Shown here: positions 53,787-63,548 of the stretch, in pieces | How positions within the stretch are numbered: position 1 is the stretch's first letter | Layout: each line of letters opens with the position of its first letter | Assembly (NCBI GenBank): GCA_964567595.1 | Contig: CAZMNF010000004.1 | Location: 3,744-67,743, forward strand | Length of the DNA stretch: 64,000 bases | DNA from: an uncultured Thermotogae bacterium | Lineage (GTDB): Bacteria; Bipolaricaulota; Bipolaricaulia; RBG-16-55-9 | Direction: 5' to 3' | Position numbers and translations under genes: made by a program | The notes under the pieces: model-generated | The model's database searches: none | Seen by the model: the letters and a program-made list of their open reading frames with translations, nothing else | Told to the model about the DNA's origin: nothing

Positions 53787-55226
53787 ATGGAGCCGGGGCA
53801 CAATGGACATATGGGGCTCCTTGAGCGAGTCGAGGCGACGCTGCGCCGCGAAGAGATGTTGGCCGGCGGCGAGCGCGTGCTCGTCGCGGTGTCGGGCGGC
53901 GTCGACTCCATGACGCTTTTGCATGGGCTGCGCGAGCTGGCGACGAAGTGGGACCTGACGCTCGGCGTCGCGCATCTGGACCATCAATTGCGTGCCGACT
54001 CCGCCGAGGATGCGCGCTTCGTCCGGGACCACGCTCGGTCGCTCGGGTTGCCCGTGTTCGAGGATGCCGCCGACGTTGCGGGCTACATCGCCCGTCACGG
54101 CCTCTCGCCGGAGGCCGGGGCCCGCGAGCTGCGCTACGAGGCCCTGCGCGAGGCAGCAAGCGCGTTTCGGGCGCCGATCGTTGCGCTCGGGCACACGCTC
54201 GACGACCGCGCGGAGACGTTCGTCCTCAACCTTCTGCGAGGATCCGGCGTCGATGGCCTCGCCGGGATGCCCGCGACTCGATCGACGTGTGATCTACGTT
54301 ACGTTCGGCCCTTAATTGACTGTTTCCGTGAGCAGATCGAGACGTACGCTAAGACGAACCGCATCCCCTACCGCGAGGATCCGAGCAACCGCGATCCGCG
54401 CTACGAACGCAATCGGGTGCGTCACGAGCTGATGCCGTTGTTGGAGACGTTCAATCCGAGCGTCCGCGACGCCGTGGCCCGGGCCAGCGATGCGCTGACC
54501 GACGTGAGCGACTACCTCAACGACGAAGCCGACAAGCTTCTGCAGCGCGCTTACGTCCAATCCGACGGCGTGGGCTGTGCCTGGGACGCTCGGACGCTGC
54601 GCCGGGCGCAACGAGCGCTGCAACGCCAAGCGCTCCGGCAGGCGATCCGTCGGGTTAAGACCGACCTGGACGGCATCACCGCGGACCACCTCGAGGCCGT
54701 GTCCGGCTTGCTCCGCGAGGCCCGCTCGGGCCGATCCGTGGCGTTGCCCGATGCTCTGAATGCCCGATATCAAGCAGACCGCTTGGTCATCGAGCGCGCC
54801 GCCCCGACCGAAGCCCCGATGGCCCGCATTGAGGTCCCGCTCTCTCGGGACGGCACGACCGACGTCCCGCAGCTCGGCTGGCGGTTGGCCGTGGACACGA
54901 TGCGCGGCTCGCATCCGCACCCGTCGGGGCGGTTGGAAGCGCGACTCGATGCCGATACAATGGTCGGACCGCTCGCCGTGCGCAACAGACGAGCCGGCGA
55001 TCGCATTCGACCGCTTGGACTGGGAGGCACAAAGAAGTTGCAGGATATTTTCGTCGACGCCAAAACCCCTCGACACCATCGCGATCAGGTGCCCTTGATT
55101 TGCGATCAGCAAGGCATCCTCTGGGTTCCCGGCCACTGCATTGACGATCGCGGCCAGGTCACGCCGGCCACCCGACGGACCGTGCGGATCCGGGCCGAAC
55201 GCATGACTCCGCAGGAGGCGCGCTGA
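53787..55226 (+). CDS. tilS: tRNA(Ile)-lysidine synthetase
   Basis: The PP-loop SGGVDS lies in VLVAVSGGVDSMTLL. A substrate-binding middle domain and a C-terminal TilS_C region follow. The start may be the internal ATG 53811. Confidence 0.85.
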   Translation: MEPGHNGHMGLLERVEATLRREEMLAGGERVLVAVSGGVDSMTLLHGLRELATKWDLTLGVAHLDHQLRADSAEDARFVRDHARSLGLPVFEDAADVAGYIARHGLSPEAGARELRYEALREAASAFRAPIVALGHTLDDRAETFVLNLLRGSGVDGLAGMPATRSTCDLRYVRPLIDCFREQIETYAKTNRIPYREDPSNRDPRYERNRVRHELMPLLETFNPSVRDAVARASDALTDVSDYLNDEADKLLQRAYVQSDGVGCAWDARTLRRAQRALQRQALRQAIRRVKTDLDGITADHLEAVSGLLREARSGRSVALPDALNARYQADRLVIERAAPTEAPMARIEVPLSRDGTTDVPQLGWRLAVDTMRGSHPHPSGRLEARLDADTMVGPLAVRNRRAGDRIRPLGLGGTKKLQDIFVDAKTPRHHRDQVPLICDQQGILWVPGHCIDDRGQVTPATRRTVRIRAERMTPQEAR

Positions 55227-55228
55227 TC

Positions 55229-56851
55229 ATGGCCGAAATCCTCGACGCGCTCCTCTCGGTTGCCCAGGTCGTGCTCATCTTCGGCGTCACGATCAGCTTC
55301 CTCGTCTTTATCCACGAGGGCGGCCACTTCCTCGTGGCCAAGTGGGCCGGCGTCTGGGTCCACGAGTTCGCCATCGGCATGGGGCCGGCCGCCTGGCGCC
55401 GCCAGCGCGGCGAGACGGAATACACCTTCCGCATTCTGCCCATCGGCGGCTACGTCCGCATGGCCGGCGAGGACGGCCTCGGCGACGAGGACAGCGAGAT
55501 CCCGGAGGACCGGCTCTTCAGCAGCAAGTCCGGCTGGACCCGTTCGGCGATCATCTTCGCGGGCCCGTTCGTCAACGTCGTGGCGGCGCTCGCGCTCATG
55601 ATCGCCTTCGTCAGCCTGGCCGGCATGTCCTACGTCGAGGTGGCCGAAGTGGCCCCCAATTCGCCCGCACAGGGCGTTTTGGAAAGCGGCGACAAGATCG
55701 TCGAGCTCAACGGCGAGGCGATCTACAGCGATCGACAAATCCCCACGATCGTGCAGAACTCCGAAGGCGAACCGATAAGCGCCGTCGTCCAACGCGGCGA
55801 CACGACCGAACAGGTCCAGCTCGATCCCTACCTCAACGAGGACCAAGGGCGATACCTCATTGGCGTCTACTTCGCCTATCCGCTCAACCGCGTTGCGGAC
55901 GCCCCGGAGGGGTCGACGCTTGCCGCCCAAGGCCTCCAGTCCGGCGACGAGATTCTGTCCGTGGGCGGCACGCCCGTGGGAAGCTGGACCGAGGTCATCA
56001 ACGCCTTCGACCGGGCCCAACGTTCGGACGGGTCGAGCGTGGCCGTTCAGGTCCGCCGCGACGGGGCCCGGCAGGAGCTGACCGTTGATGCAGGCCAGCT
56101 CGATCTCTCGGCCATCCAGGACTCGAGCGTGGCCATGCGCGTGCCGCCGACCTGGTCGACGGTCCGCAACGTCGAGTCGGGCTCCATCTGGGCGGAGGCC
56201 GGCCTTCAAGCGGGGGATCGACTGCTGACTGCCAACGGCCGACCGATCCATGGATCGGTCGATCTCGTCAAGGCGATCGAGCGAGCCCGCAGCGAGGACG
56301 ACGCGGGAGCGCTCCAACTGGAGGTCAACCGGGATGGCCAAACCTCGACGTTGTCGGTCTCCTTGGCTGGCGCCGAGCTGGAGGCCATCATGGGGAATCT
56401 CCAGTTGGATCCGGCCCGGCGGCAGCCCGAGACGCTTTGGGCCGGCGTGCGGATCGGCAGCCAACAGATCTGGGACATCCTCGCGCTGACGTACTTCGGG
56501 CTCAAGCAGGTCTTCACCGGCCAGATGGAAGCCGGGCAGGCGTTCGTCGGTCCGGTCGGCATTGCCGACTTGTTGGGCCAGAGCATCGATCTCGGCTTCG
56601 GGTACTTCTTGCGGCTGGTCGCGCTGCTCAGCCTGATGCTCGGGGTCTTCAACATTCTGCCCTTCCCCGCGCTCGACGGCAGTCGCATCGTCCTGAACGG
56701 CATCAACGGCGTGCTCAAGATGGTCATCGGTCGGCCGATTCCACCGGAGAAGGAAGGCGTGCTCCACTACGTGGGCTTCGCGCTGCTCATGGCGCTGGTG
56801 CTGTTTATCACGTGGAACGACATCGAACGACTGTTCAGCGGCGGCTTCTGA
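55229..56851 (+). CDS. rseP: RIP metalloprotease RseP (site-2 protease, M50)
   Basis: HEGGHFLVAK is the HExxH motif in TM1. Tandem PDZ domains follow, and the C-terminal LDG motif is FNILPFPALDGSRI. Confidence 0.85.
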   Translation: MAEILDALLSVAQVVLIFGVTISFLVFIHEGGHFLVAKWAGVWVHEFAIGMGPAAWRRQRGETEYTFRILPIGGYVRMAGEDGLGDEDSEIPEDRLFSSKSGWTRSAIIFAGPFVNVVAALALMIAFVSLAGMSYVEVAEVAPNSPAQGVLESGDKIVELNGEAIYSDRQIPTIVQNSEGEPISAVVQRGDTTEQVQLDPYLNEDQGRYLIGVYFAYPLNRVADAPEGSTLAAQGLQSGDEILSVGGTPVGSWTEVINAFDRAQRSDGSSVAVQVRRDGARQELTVDAGQLDLSAIQDSSVAMRVPPTWSTVRNVESGSIWAEAGLQAGDRLLTANGRPIHGSVDLVKAIERARSEDDAGALQLEVNRDGQTSTLSVSLAGAELEAIMGNLQLDPARRQPETLWAGVRIGSQQIWDILALTYFGLKQVFTGQMEAGQAFVGPVGIADLLGQSIDLGFGYFLRLVALLSLMLGVFNILPFPALDGSRIVLNGINGVLKMVIGRPIPPEKEGVLHYVGFALLMALVLFITWNDIERLFSGGF

Positions 56852-56871
56852 CGCGTGAGCGAATCCAACAG

Positions 56872-56900
56872 TTGACAGGTGCAGCGGCCTCCACTATCAT
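56872..56900 (+). promoter_or_regulatory. promoter of tRNA-Gln (TTGACA-N17-TATCAT)
   Basis: A perfect -35 at 56872-56877 and -10 TATCAT at 56895-56900, 14 nt before the tRNA 5' end. Confidence 0.55.
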
Positions 56901-56914
56901 CTCGATACAAGCAC

Positions 56915-56988
56915 TGGGAGATCGTCTAATGGCAGGACGACGGGTTCTGGTCCCGTTAGTGGAGGTTCGAATCCTCCTCTCCCAGCCA
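56915..56988 (+). tRNA. tRNA-Gln (anticodon CUG), CCA encoded
   Basis: Acceptor stem TGGGAGA/TCTCCCA, anticodon stem-loop ACGGG-TTCTGGT-CCCGT, T-arm GGAGGTTCGAATCCTCC, then G-CCA. Confidence 0.85.
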
Positions 56989-57049
56989 GGCCCAATCCTC
57001 GACCGGCCATTCCCCGCAACCGAGGCATTCTGTACGCTCGCCTCCGCCG

Positions 57050-57736
57050 ATGGATATCTGGATCGTTGAGTGGGCGGCGTTCAACGCCGCTGCCCTCCAC
57101 CGCCATTTGAGCGACGAGGAACGGGAGCGAGCCGAACGCGCCACCCATGGTTCCGCGCGATCTCGCTTCGTCATCGCCCGCGCGCTCTTGCGCTGCTTGC
57201 TCGCTCGAGAACTGGACATCGCGCCCATCGATATTGGCATCGTGCGCAGCTCGCAGGGCAAACCGCAGCTCCAAAGTCCCTCGAACGGCATCGGCCTGCA
57301 GTTCAGCGTCAGCCACGCGGACCGATTCGGGGTGATCGGGCTGGCCCGAGGCACCGCGCTCGGCGTTGACGTCGAATCTCGCCATCCGGAGCGTTCCGTT
57401 GGGCGTCTAACAGAGCGGTACTTCACTGACCTCGAGGTGGCCGAGCTGCGCGGCCTGCCTGAGCAACGCCGCCATAACGCCTTCCTCACGATCTGGACGG
57501 CGAAGGAAGCCTTGATCAAGGCGCACGGCGAAACCGTGCCGCGCGCGCTCAAGGATCACGAACTGGCCCTGCTCGACGACGGCTCGGCATCGCTGAGAAA
57601 GCTCCATGGCGATGTCGAGCGGGCGGCCGCGTGGCAGCTCGATACGGTCCGACTGGGAACGGATCATACGGCCACCGTTGCCGCGAAAGATCCGCATGCC
57701 GAGATCCGCTGGCAACGCCTGACCGACCCGCCCTAA
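57050..57736 (+). CDS. 4'-phosphopantetheinyl transferase (Sfp/EntD type)
   Basis: The PPTase motifs are FSVSHA, GVDVE and WTAKEALIKAHG. Confidence 0.75.
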   Translation: MDIWIVEWAAFNAAALHRHLSDEERERAERATHGSARSRFVIARALLRCLLARELDIAPIDIGIVRSSQGKPQLQSPSNGIGLQFSVSHADRFGVIGLARGTALGVDVESRHPERSVGRLTERYFTDLEVAELRGLPEQRRHNAFLTIWTAKEALIKAHGETVPRALKDHELALLDDGSASLRKLHGDVERAAAWQLDTVRLGTDHTATVAAKDPHAEIRWQRLTDPP

Positions 57737-57752
57737 CGGACACGGGCAGCGT

Positions 57753-58973
57753 TCAGGTCGGTGACGTCGACAGCATGGGGGCAACCCGTGCCAAGATCTC
57801 GCGAGCTAACGCCCGTTTGGTCTGACGCGGCAGCTCCTCGCTGCGGCCGTCAGGGTAGACGAGCGTCACGACGTTGTCGTCGCTCTCGGCCCCGACATGG
57901 GGTCCAGAGACGTCGTTGGCGACGACGAGATCGAGCCCTTTGTCACTCAGCTTGGAGCGCGCTTTGTCCAGCAGATCGTCGCTCTCCGCGGCAAATCCGA
58001 CGATCAAGGGCCGTGTCGATTCGCCGCCCAGCGCGACGTGGATCTCCCGCAAGATATCCGGAGTTGGCTCCAGCTCGATCGTCAGTCCCTTGCCGGAGAG
58101 CTTGCTCGTTTTCGCTTCGGCTACGTCTCTCGGCCGCCAATCCGATACAGCCGCCGCCATGACGAGAACGTCGTGGGACGTGAGCAAGCGAAGGACGGCG
58201 TCACGCATCTCGGCAGCGCTTTCCACTCGCTCGGTCGCCACGCCCGCCGGCTCCGACAGTTGGGTCGGCCCGCTCACGAGCGTGACGCTTGCCGCGCCCG
58301 CGTCGCGCGCCGCCTCGGCCAGCGCGTACCCCATCTTTCCCGACGACCGATTGGTGATCGCGCGCATGGGATCGAGCCGCTCGCGCGTCGGTCCCGCCGT
58401 CACGAGCACCGACCGCCCCGCCAGCCGCGAGCCATGAGCCAGCATCAACTCGGCCTCGCTCAAAATACGGTCCTCATCCGGGAATCGCCCCCGCCCGGAT
58501 CGGCCACTGGCCAGCGCGCCCCGCTCGGCTTCCAGAAAGCGATAGCCGCGGGCCTCGAGCGTGCGCTGATTGCGCCGATAAATCGGATTGTCGATCATCG
58601 TCGTCTCCATGGCGGGCACCACAAGCGTCGGGGCCCGGCTCGCGGCCATGAGCGTGGTGAGATAGTCGTCCGCCAAGCCGTGGGCAAGCTTGCCCACGAC
58701 GTCGAACGTGGCCGGCATGATGATCGCAAGGTCGGCCCGATGGGCCAACCGGACGTGCTCCAACGGAGCGTCCTGCCACAGGTCGCTCAGTACGGGGTGA
58801 TGCGAAAGGGCTTCGAACGTGAGGGGCGTGACGAACTGCCGCGCGGCGTCGGTCATGACGACGTGGACGTCGGCGCCGCGCTGACGGAGTTGGCTGATGA
58901 CGCCCGCGGCTTTATAGGCGGCAATGCCGCCGCAGATGCCGCAGACGATCGTCGTTTTCGACATATCAGTCAT
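57753..58973 (-). CDS. coaBC: bifunctional phosphopantothenoylcysteine decarboxylase / phosphopantothenate-cysteine ligase
   Basis: The N-terminal flavoprotein domain is IVCGICGGIAAYKA and the C-terminal DFP ligase domain is ITNRSSGKMG (406 aa). Confidence 0.9.
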   Translation of the reverse strand: MTDMSKTTIVCGICGGIAAYKAAGVISQLRQRGADVHVVMTDAARQFVTPLTFEALSHHPVLSDLWQDAPLEHVRLAHRADLAIIMPATFDVVGKLAHGLADDYLTTLMAASRAPTLVVPAMETTMIDNPIYRRNQRTLEARGYRFLEAERGALASGRSGRGRFPDEDRILSEAELMLAHGSRLAGRSVLVTAGPTRERLDPMRAITNRSSGKMGYALAEAARDAGAASVTLVSGPTQLSEPAGVATERVESAAEMRDAVLRLLTSHDVLVMAAAVSDWRPRDVAEAKTSKLSGKGLTIELEPTPDILREIHVALGGESTRPLIVGFAAESDDLLDKARSKLSDKGLDLVVANDVSGPHVGAESDDNVVTLVYPDGRSEELPRQTKRALAREILARVAPMLSTSPT

Positions 58974-59078
58974 ATCGGGGGCAAGCCTACGCGCGATCGG
59001 GGAACGGCATCAAGCGCCCACCGCGTTGGCAACATCGACATCCGGGCGTGTCGCGCCAGTGAGAGGGAGGCCTCGTTC

Positions 59079-60197
59079 TCAGAACTCGAGGTCGAGGCCG
59101 AGGCTTGACTCCTGGAAGCCCTGTGGTGTTAGCAGCGTCGAAAACGTCAATCCTTCCCAGAACGCCTCCAGCTTGAACTGTTGTTGGCCCGTGTTGTTGA
59201 GAATTGAGGCCTGGCCCGTGAAATCGACCGACCCGAGCTGGGCGGTCAGCTGGAAGCGCTGCTCCTCGACGCCCTCGCCGCGGCTGAAGGTCGTGGTGCT
59301 TTTCAGGGTGTTGGATCCGAAGTCGTAGTCGACGGCGAACTTTCCTTGCTTGAGCTGGACTTTATCCTCCGCAGGCTCGAGTTCAGCTTGGCTGGTGACG
59401 TCACCGTTGCTGATCTTGACCGTCACCTCGCCGATGTTGAGCGCGCTCGGCAAGTCGTGTTGTTCTTTTGTGCGCTGTAGCACCGTGGACACGTCCAGCC
59501 CACTGACGCTTCGGTCCATGTTGAACACCAGCGTGACCTCGTCACCCGACTCCGGCAGGGGCACGTCCGCGTTCATGAGGCTCCGAGCCAGGTACTGCGT
59601 CAACCCCGACATGAAGTCGGCCTTGGCTTCCAGCGTCGTACCGCCCAACTGGAGGGACAACTCTTGCGGCACGCGCTCGCCCAGGGTCGCATCGCTCGGA
59701 GGCATGTCGGACACCTGGACGAAGGTTCGGACCAGATCCTTGGTGACGTCCGGGTGGCGGGCCAAAAGGCTGATGTTCTCGCCGAACTGCATCTGGAGAT
59801 CGGAGGCGGATCCCGGATTCGCCGAGGCTTCGTTGTGTTCCATGAGGCCCGATAGCGTGTAGTTCCGATTGAGCGGGACCTCGCTCGTCGGGTCGTCCGA
59901 CGGCAGGCTCAGCCGCGAGCCATCGCGATCCGAGGAACGCTCGCTGTCCGTCTCGGCCGCCAGGCAATCGGCGTCGGCGTCGGGCTCGTCGCTCGACCGA
60001 GGCACGAGCCAACTGACCAGCGACGAAAGCATCTCCTCGACGGTTTCGGAATCGCCGTCCGGGGCGCCACACCGGGGCAAGGTTTCCGAGTTCTCGGCAG
60101 CAGCAGTGGCGGCCAACGGCCACGACATGGCGATCACGGCCCCGACCACAAGCGCCATGATCCCCCATCGACGCCAACCAGTCCATGCCGTTTCCAT
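59079..60197 (-). CDS. hypothetical secreted protein
   Basis: Start at ATG 60197 with the signal peptide METAWTGWRRWGIMALVVGAVIAMSWPLAATAAA. The N-terminal third is acidic and Ser-rich, and no domain is recognised. The ORF-track start at 60251 is an extension. Confidence 0.5.
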   Translation of the reverse strand: METAWTGWRRWGIMALVVGAVIAMSWPLAATAAAENSETLPRCGAPDGDSETVEEMLSSLVSWLVPRSSDEPDADADCLAAETDSERSSDRDGSRLSLPSDDPTSEVPLNRNYTLSGLMEHNEASANPGSASDLQMQFGENISLLARHPDVTKDLVRTFVQVSDMPPSDATLGERVPQELSLQLGGTTLEAKADFMSGLTQYLARSLMNADVPLPESGDEVTLVFNMDRSVSGLDVSTVLQRTKEQHDLPSALNIGEVTVKISNGDVTSQAELEPAEDKVQLKQGKFAVDYDFGSNTLKSTTTFSRGEGVEEQRFQLTAQLGSVDFTGQASILNNTGQQQFKLEAFWEGLTFSTLLTPQGFQESSLGLDLEF

Positions 60198-60314
60198 TGA
60201 AAACACTTCCCGGAAGCTAATCTTAGCGCTGGCCCTTATTCGAATCAACACCCGACGTCACATTCCGCGACCGGATTGATATTCTGGAGGCGCGTGTCTA
60301 AACTCCGATCGGCC

Positions 60315-61784
60315 ATGAATGCCCGGTTCGGCCTGCGGAGCAAGTTCATCTGGACGCTGGCACTCTTCACCATTGTGCTATCGGTTTCCTTCGGCGTCAT
60401 CTCAGTATACCAGCTCCGAGGCGAGTTGGAACAGCAGGTGATCAACCGAGGCGAGCGGTTGGCCAACTCGCTCGCCTTGAGCGTCTTTCCACCCAGCGAC
60501 ACGCGCGAGGAACTCTCGTACAATCTTGGCATTTACAGCGAAATCTTCAATCAACCTATCGGGTCCGAATTCGTGTTCGTGCAGGCAGTCAAGGGAGAGA
60601 ACAGCGCCATCTATCCCCCAGAGATGAGCGACCAACTGGATCTTCCCATCACTGAGTCTTCGTCCCAGAAACTGGCCAAGCGGCGCCTGCCGAATGAGGG
60701 CATTCCGTATTTCGACTTGATCGTGCCGGTGGAGTCGAGTCCGGACGGCACGGCTTATCCGGACCCGACCTATCTCCGGATTGGGCTATCCCGCCAGTAC
60801 GTTCAACAGACGGTCCAACAGGAGTGGACCCGAACGGCGGGGCTGAGTGCGATCTACATCATGGTCGGGTTGGCCCTGGCGTTTGGGCTTTACAAGAACA
60901 TTTTGGGGCCGGTCGAAAGCCTGACTCAGTCGGTGAAGCGCTTCAAGCGCGACATGGCCTCCCGCGCCCAGGTCAACAGCGGGGACGAGCTCCAGACGCT
61001 CGCCGAGGAGTTCAACCGCATGGCCGACACCATCCAAGAGCGCGACGAGCGCCTGGAGCAGGTCAACGAGGAACTCCGGCGCGCCAACCAAGTGAAAAGC
61101 GAGTTCCTCTCTGTCATGGGCCATGAGCTGAAAACCCCGCTGCATGCGATTCGCGGGTATGCGCAGTTGCTCAAGGAGGGCATCGACGGCCCCGTCACGG
61201 ATGCCCAGGACGAGGACCTGGACAACATCGTGACATCCGGAGATCACCTACGCGCGCTTATCGACAACATTCTCCACTTCAGCAAGCTCGAATCCGGCGA
61301 AGAGACGCTCCACCCCGACGTCGTCGAAGTCGGCAGGTTGATCAACGAGGCCATGCAGAACGTCCAGGTCATCGCTCGCGAAAAAGGCGTCGAGCTGAGA
61401 GCCGACGTCAACGGCCTCCACGTCCAAGCCGATGCCACGAAGCTGAAGCAGATCTTGATCAACTTGCTGAGCAACGCGCTCAAGTGCACCGACGAAGGGC
61501 ACATCGAGGTCAGCGCTGAGCAACAGAACGGTCAAGTGGTCTTCGCCGTGCAGGATACGGGCACCGGCATTCCGGAAAGTCACCGAGAGCAGATCTTCCA
61601 GCCCTTTACCCAAATCGACTCCTCGACGACGCGCCCATGGGCCGGCATCGGCTTGGGGCTGTCCATCGTCAAGACGTACGTCGAGATGCACGGTGGCCGG
61701 GTGTGGGTCCAGAGCCGCGAGGGCGAGGGCAGCGCATTCTACTTTACGATCCCCACCGACGCGAGCGAAGGGGGCGAGTCATGA
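60315..61784 (+). CDS. sensor histidine kinase (TM-HAMP-HisKA-HATPase_c)
   Basis: The H-box is LSVMGHELKTPLHAIRGYAQ, the N-box is LLSNALKCT, and the G-boxes are DTGTGI and GIGLGLSIV. There are 2 TM segments. The ORF track offers an alternative TTG at 60276. Confidence 0.8.
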   Translation: MNARFGLRSKFIWTLALFTIVLSVSFGVISVYQLRGELEQQVINRGERLANSLALSVFPPSDTREELSYNLGIYSEIFNQPIGSEFVFVQAVKGENSAIYPPEMSDQLDLPITESSSQKLAKRRLPNEGIPYFDLIVPVESSPDGTAYPDPTYLRIGLSRQYVQQTVQQEWTRTAGLSAIYIMVGLALAFGLYKNILGPVESLTQSVKRFKRDMASRAQVNSGDELQTLAEEFNRMADTIQERDERLEQVNEELRRANQVKSEFLSVMGHELKTPLHAIRGYAQLLKEGIDGPVTDAQDEDLDNIVTSGDHLRALIDNILHFSKLESGEETLHPDVVEVGRLINEAMQNVQVIAREKGVELRADVNGLHVQADATKLKQILINLLSNALKCTDEGHIEVSAEQQNGQVVFAVQDTGTGIPESHREQIFQPFTQIDSSTTRPWAGIGLGLSIVKTYVEMHGGRVWVQSREGEGSAFYFTIPTDASEGGES

Positions 61785-62446
61785 AGATCCTCATCGCTGA
61801 GGACGACGCCCAATCGATGGCGCTGTTGACGAAGTATCTCCAGTCGCGCGGGCACACGATCCTGCCCGCGGAGGACGGCCAAGTCGCCCTGGAGATCCTC
61901 GAGGCCGAGGATCCGGATCTCATCCTGTTGGACGTCATGATGCCGAACGTCGACGGCTGGCAGGTGCTAGAGCACGTCCGCGACCTCGGCGACATTCCCG
62001 TCATCATGGTGACGGTCAAGGACACGACCGAGGACAAGGTGCGCGGGCTCTCGAGCGGCGTGGACGACTACATCACCAAGCCGTTCGACCTCCAGGAGGT
62101 CGAGGCCCGCATTGAAGCCGTTATGCGGCGCTACGGCCCCCCCAGTCACACCGAGGTCGGGCCGTTGGTCATCGACGACGAGACCAAGGAGGTCAAGCTC
62201 CACGGCGAGCCGATCGAACTCTCGCCCAAGGAGTACGAGCTCCTGTCCTACTTGGCCTCCAAGCCGGGCCGGGTCTTCTCGCAGGACGAGATCCTCGGTC
62301 ACGTGTGGTCGGACAGTCCGTACGCCGGCGCGGAGGACGTCAAGAAGTACGTTTATCTCCTGCGGAATAAGCTCAAGGAACGCGGCGCCGAGGAGCTCGT
62401 CAAGACCGTCCGGGGGTTCGGCTATAAGCTGAACGTCTCGGAATGA
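61781..62446 (+). CDS. OmpR-family response regulator
   Basis: ATGA overlap with the kinase gene. The receiver is MKILIAEDD...LILLDVMMP...K, and the C-terminal winged helix is ELSPKEYELLSYLASKPGRVFSQDEIL. Confidence 0.85.
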   Translation: MKILIAEDDAQSMALLTKYLQSRGHTILPAEDGQVALEILEAEDPDLILLDVMMPNVDGWQVLEHVRDLGDIPVIMVTVKDTTEDKVRGLSSGVDDYITKPFDLQEVEARIEAVMRRYGPPSHTEVGPLVIDDETKEVKLHGEPIELSPKEYELLSYLASKPGRVFSQDEILGHVWSDSPYAGAEDVKKYVYLLRNKLKERGAEELVKTVRGFGYKLNVSE

Positions 62447-62454
62447 GCACAGCG

Positions 62455-63477
62455 TCAGCGGAGACGCCGAACGACCCCGACGAGCCCGACCCCGAACACA
62501 AGCCCGAGAATTCCTGGCACGTCCGCGCTGGTCTGCTCCGCTTCTGATGTCCCGTCACAGACGGGATAGAGAAAGTTACGCCCGCCGAGGTCATCGGGAC
62601 GCAGATGGGCCCGATCGTAGCCTAACTGTCGATGGAAGTAGTTCGACGAATACCCGCGTGCCATGATCGCCGCCGCGTCGTAATCGTCGATGACCTCGAG
62701 GCCGCGCTGCGGATTCTCGCAGTTGATCTCGATCGGCTGGGTGGGGTCATCCCCGCTGTGATAATTGGGAGACTCGTGCGGATGGCTCAGCCCAAGCGTG
62801 TGACCGATCTCGTGCATCATCAACCCGGGGAAGTAGGAACAGGTCGTCTCAAACGTTCCGGTTAGTTCGGGATCGATGTACCAACAACGACGGGTGTCCA
62901 CGACGATGTCGACTCCCGTGAGTGTTCCTCCCGGGAGCCGCTCCCCATTGGTGCCCCGTGGCGAGCGAGCCGTTGACTTCCAGCGGGCGTACGCCCCGGC
63001 GTCTTGGTTCCTCGGATTGTGCTCCTGAAACCGCTTCGACGCGAAGACGTCGATCTCCGCGCCGCCGCCGTTCGGGCTCTCGCGGGTTGCTAGACGAGGT
63101 GGGACGTCGTCGCTCACATTGACGAAGTTAATGTCAGGGTGATCGGTTCCCCAGTTATCAAATGCGCGGCCGACAGCCGATTCGATGTCCTCGCAGCTCG
63201 GCGCCGGCTCGTCGGCGACATAGGGCTTCATCCAGTCGCAGAACTGATCGTCGATCGCGTATTCGAGGCCGCCGCCCAATCCGCGCGACCCGGTGTCCAC
63301 AAAGGCATTGTCGGTGGCGGACCAGCGAAGGGCGTGGTCAAGTCCCCTCACGCCATCGTCCGGATCCCAAGAGATCAACGAAAACCCGGACGCCGACGAC
63401 GTCGGGAGGGCGATGACGCCGACCACCAGTCCCAGGACAAGCCCCCACCTCGCGCCTCGTCGCTTTGAACGTGTCAT
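62455..63477 (-). CDS. secreted metzincin (matrixin-like) zinc metalloprotease with C-terminal hydrophobic anchor
   Basis: ATG 63477 lies 7 nt after AAGGAGG, with the signal MTRSKRRGARWGLVLGLVVGVIALP. The catalytic motif is HEIGHTLGLSHP. The C-terminal PGILGLVFGVGLVGVVRRLR is a TM segment plus basic tail, a sorting-signal-like anchor. Confidence 0.75.
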   Translation of the reverse strand: MTRSKRRGARWGLVLGLVVGVIALPTSSASGFSLISWDPDDGVRGLDHALRWSATDNAFVDTGSRGLGGGLEYAIDDQFCDWMKPYVADEPAPSCEDIESAVGRAFDNWGTDHPDINFVNVSDDVPPRLATRESPNGGGAEIDVFASKRFQEHNPRNQDAGAYARWKSTARSPRGTNGERLPGGTLTGVDIVVDTRRCWYIDPELTGTFETTCSYFPGLMMHEIGHTLGLSHPHESPNYHSGDDPTQPIEINCENPQRGLEVIDDYDAAAIMARGYSSNYFHRQLGYDRAHLRPDDLGGRNFLYPVCDGTSEAEQTSADVPGILGLVFGVGLVGVVRRLR

Positions 63478-63548
63478 CGTTTTGCCTCCTTTCGCACCGG
63501 AGGCTAACACGTCAAGGTCGACGCCTCTGTGACGTCAGTGGACCGACG

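Noticed and set aside
52531-54159. 542-aa form of the sugar dehydrogenase
   Set aside because: The first ~147 residues are Arg/Pro/Ala-rich junk overlapping the tilS start region. A lipoprotein signal (..LTGC) begins at GTG 53718 or ATG 53685, giving a normal ~395-aa propeller protein.
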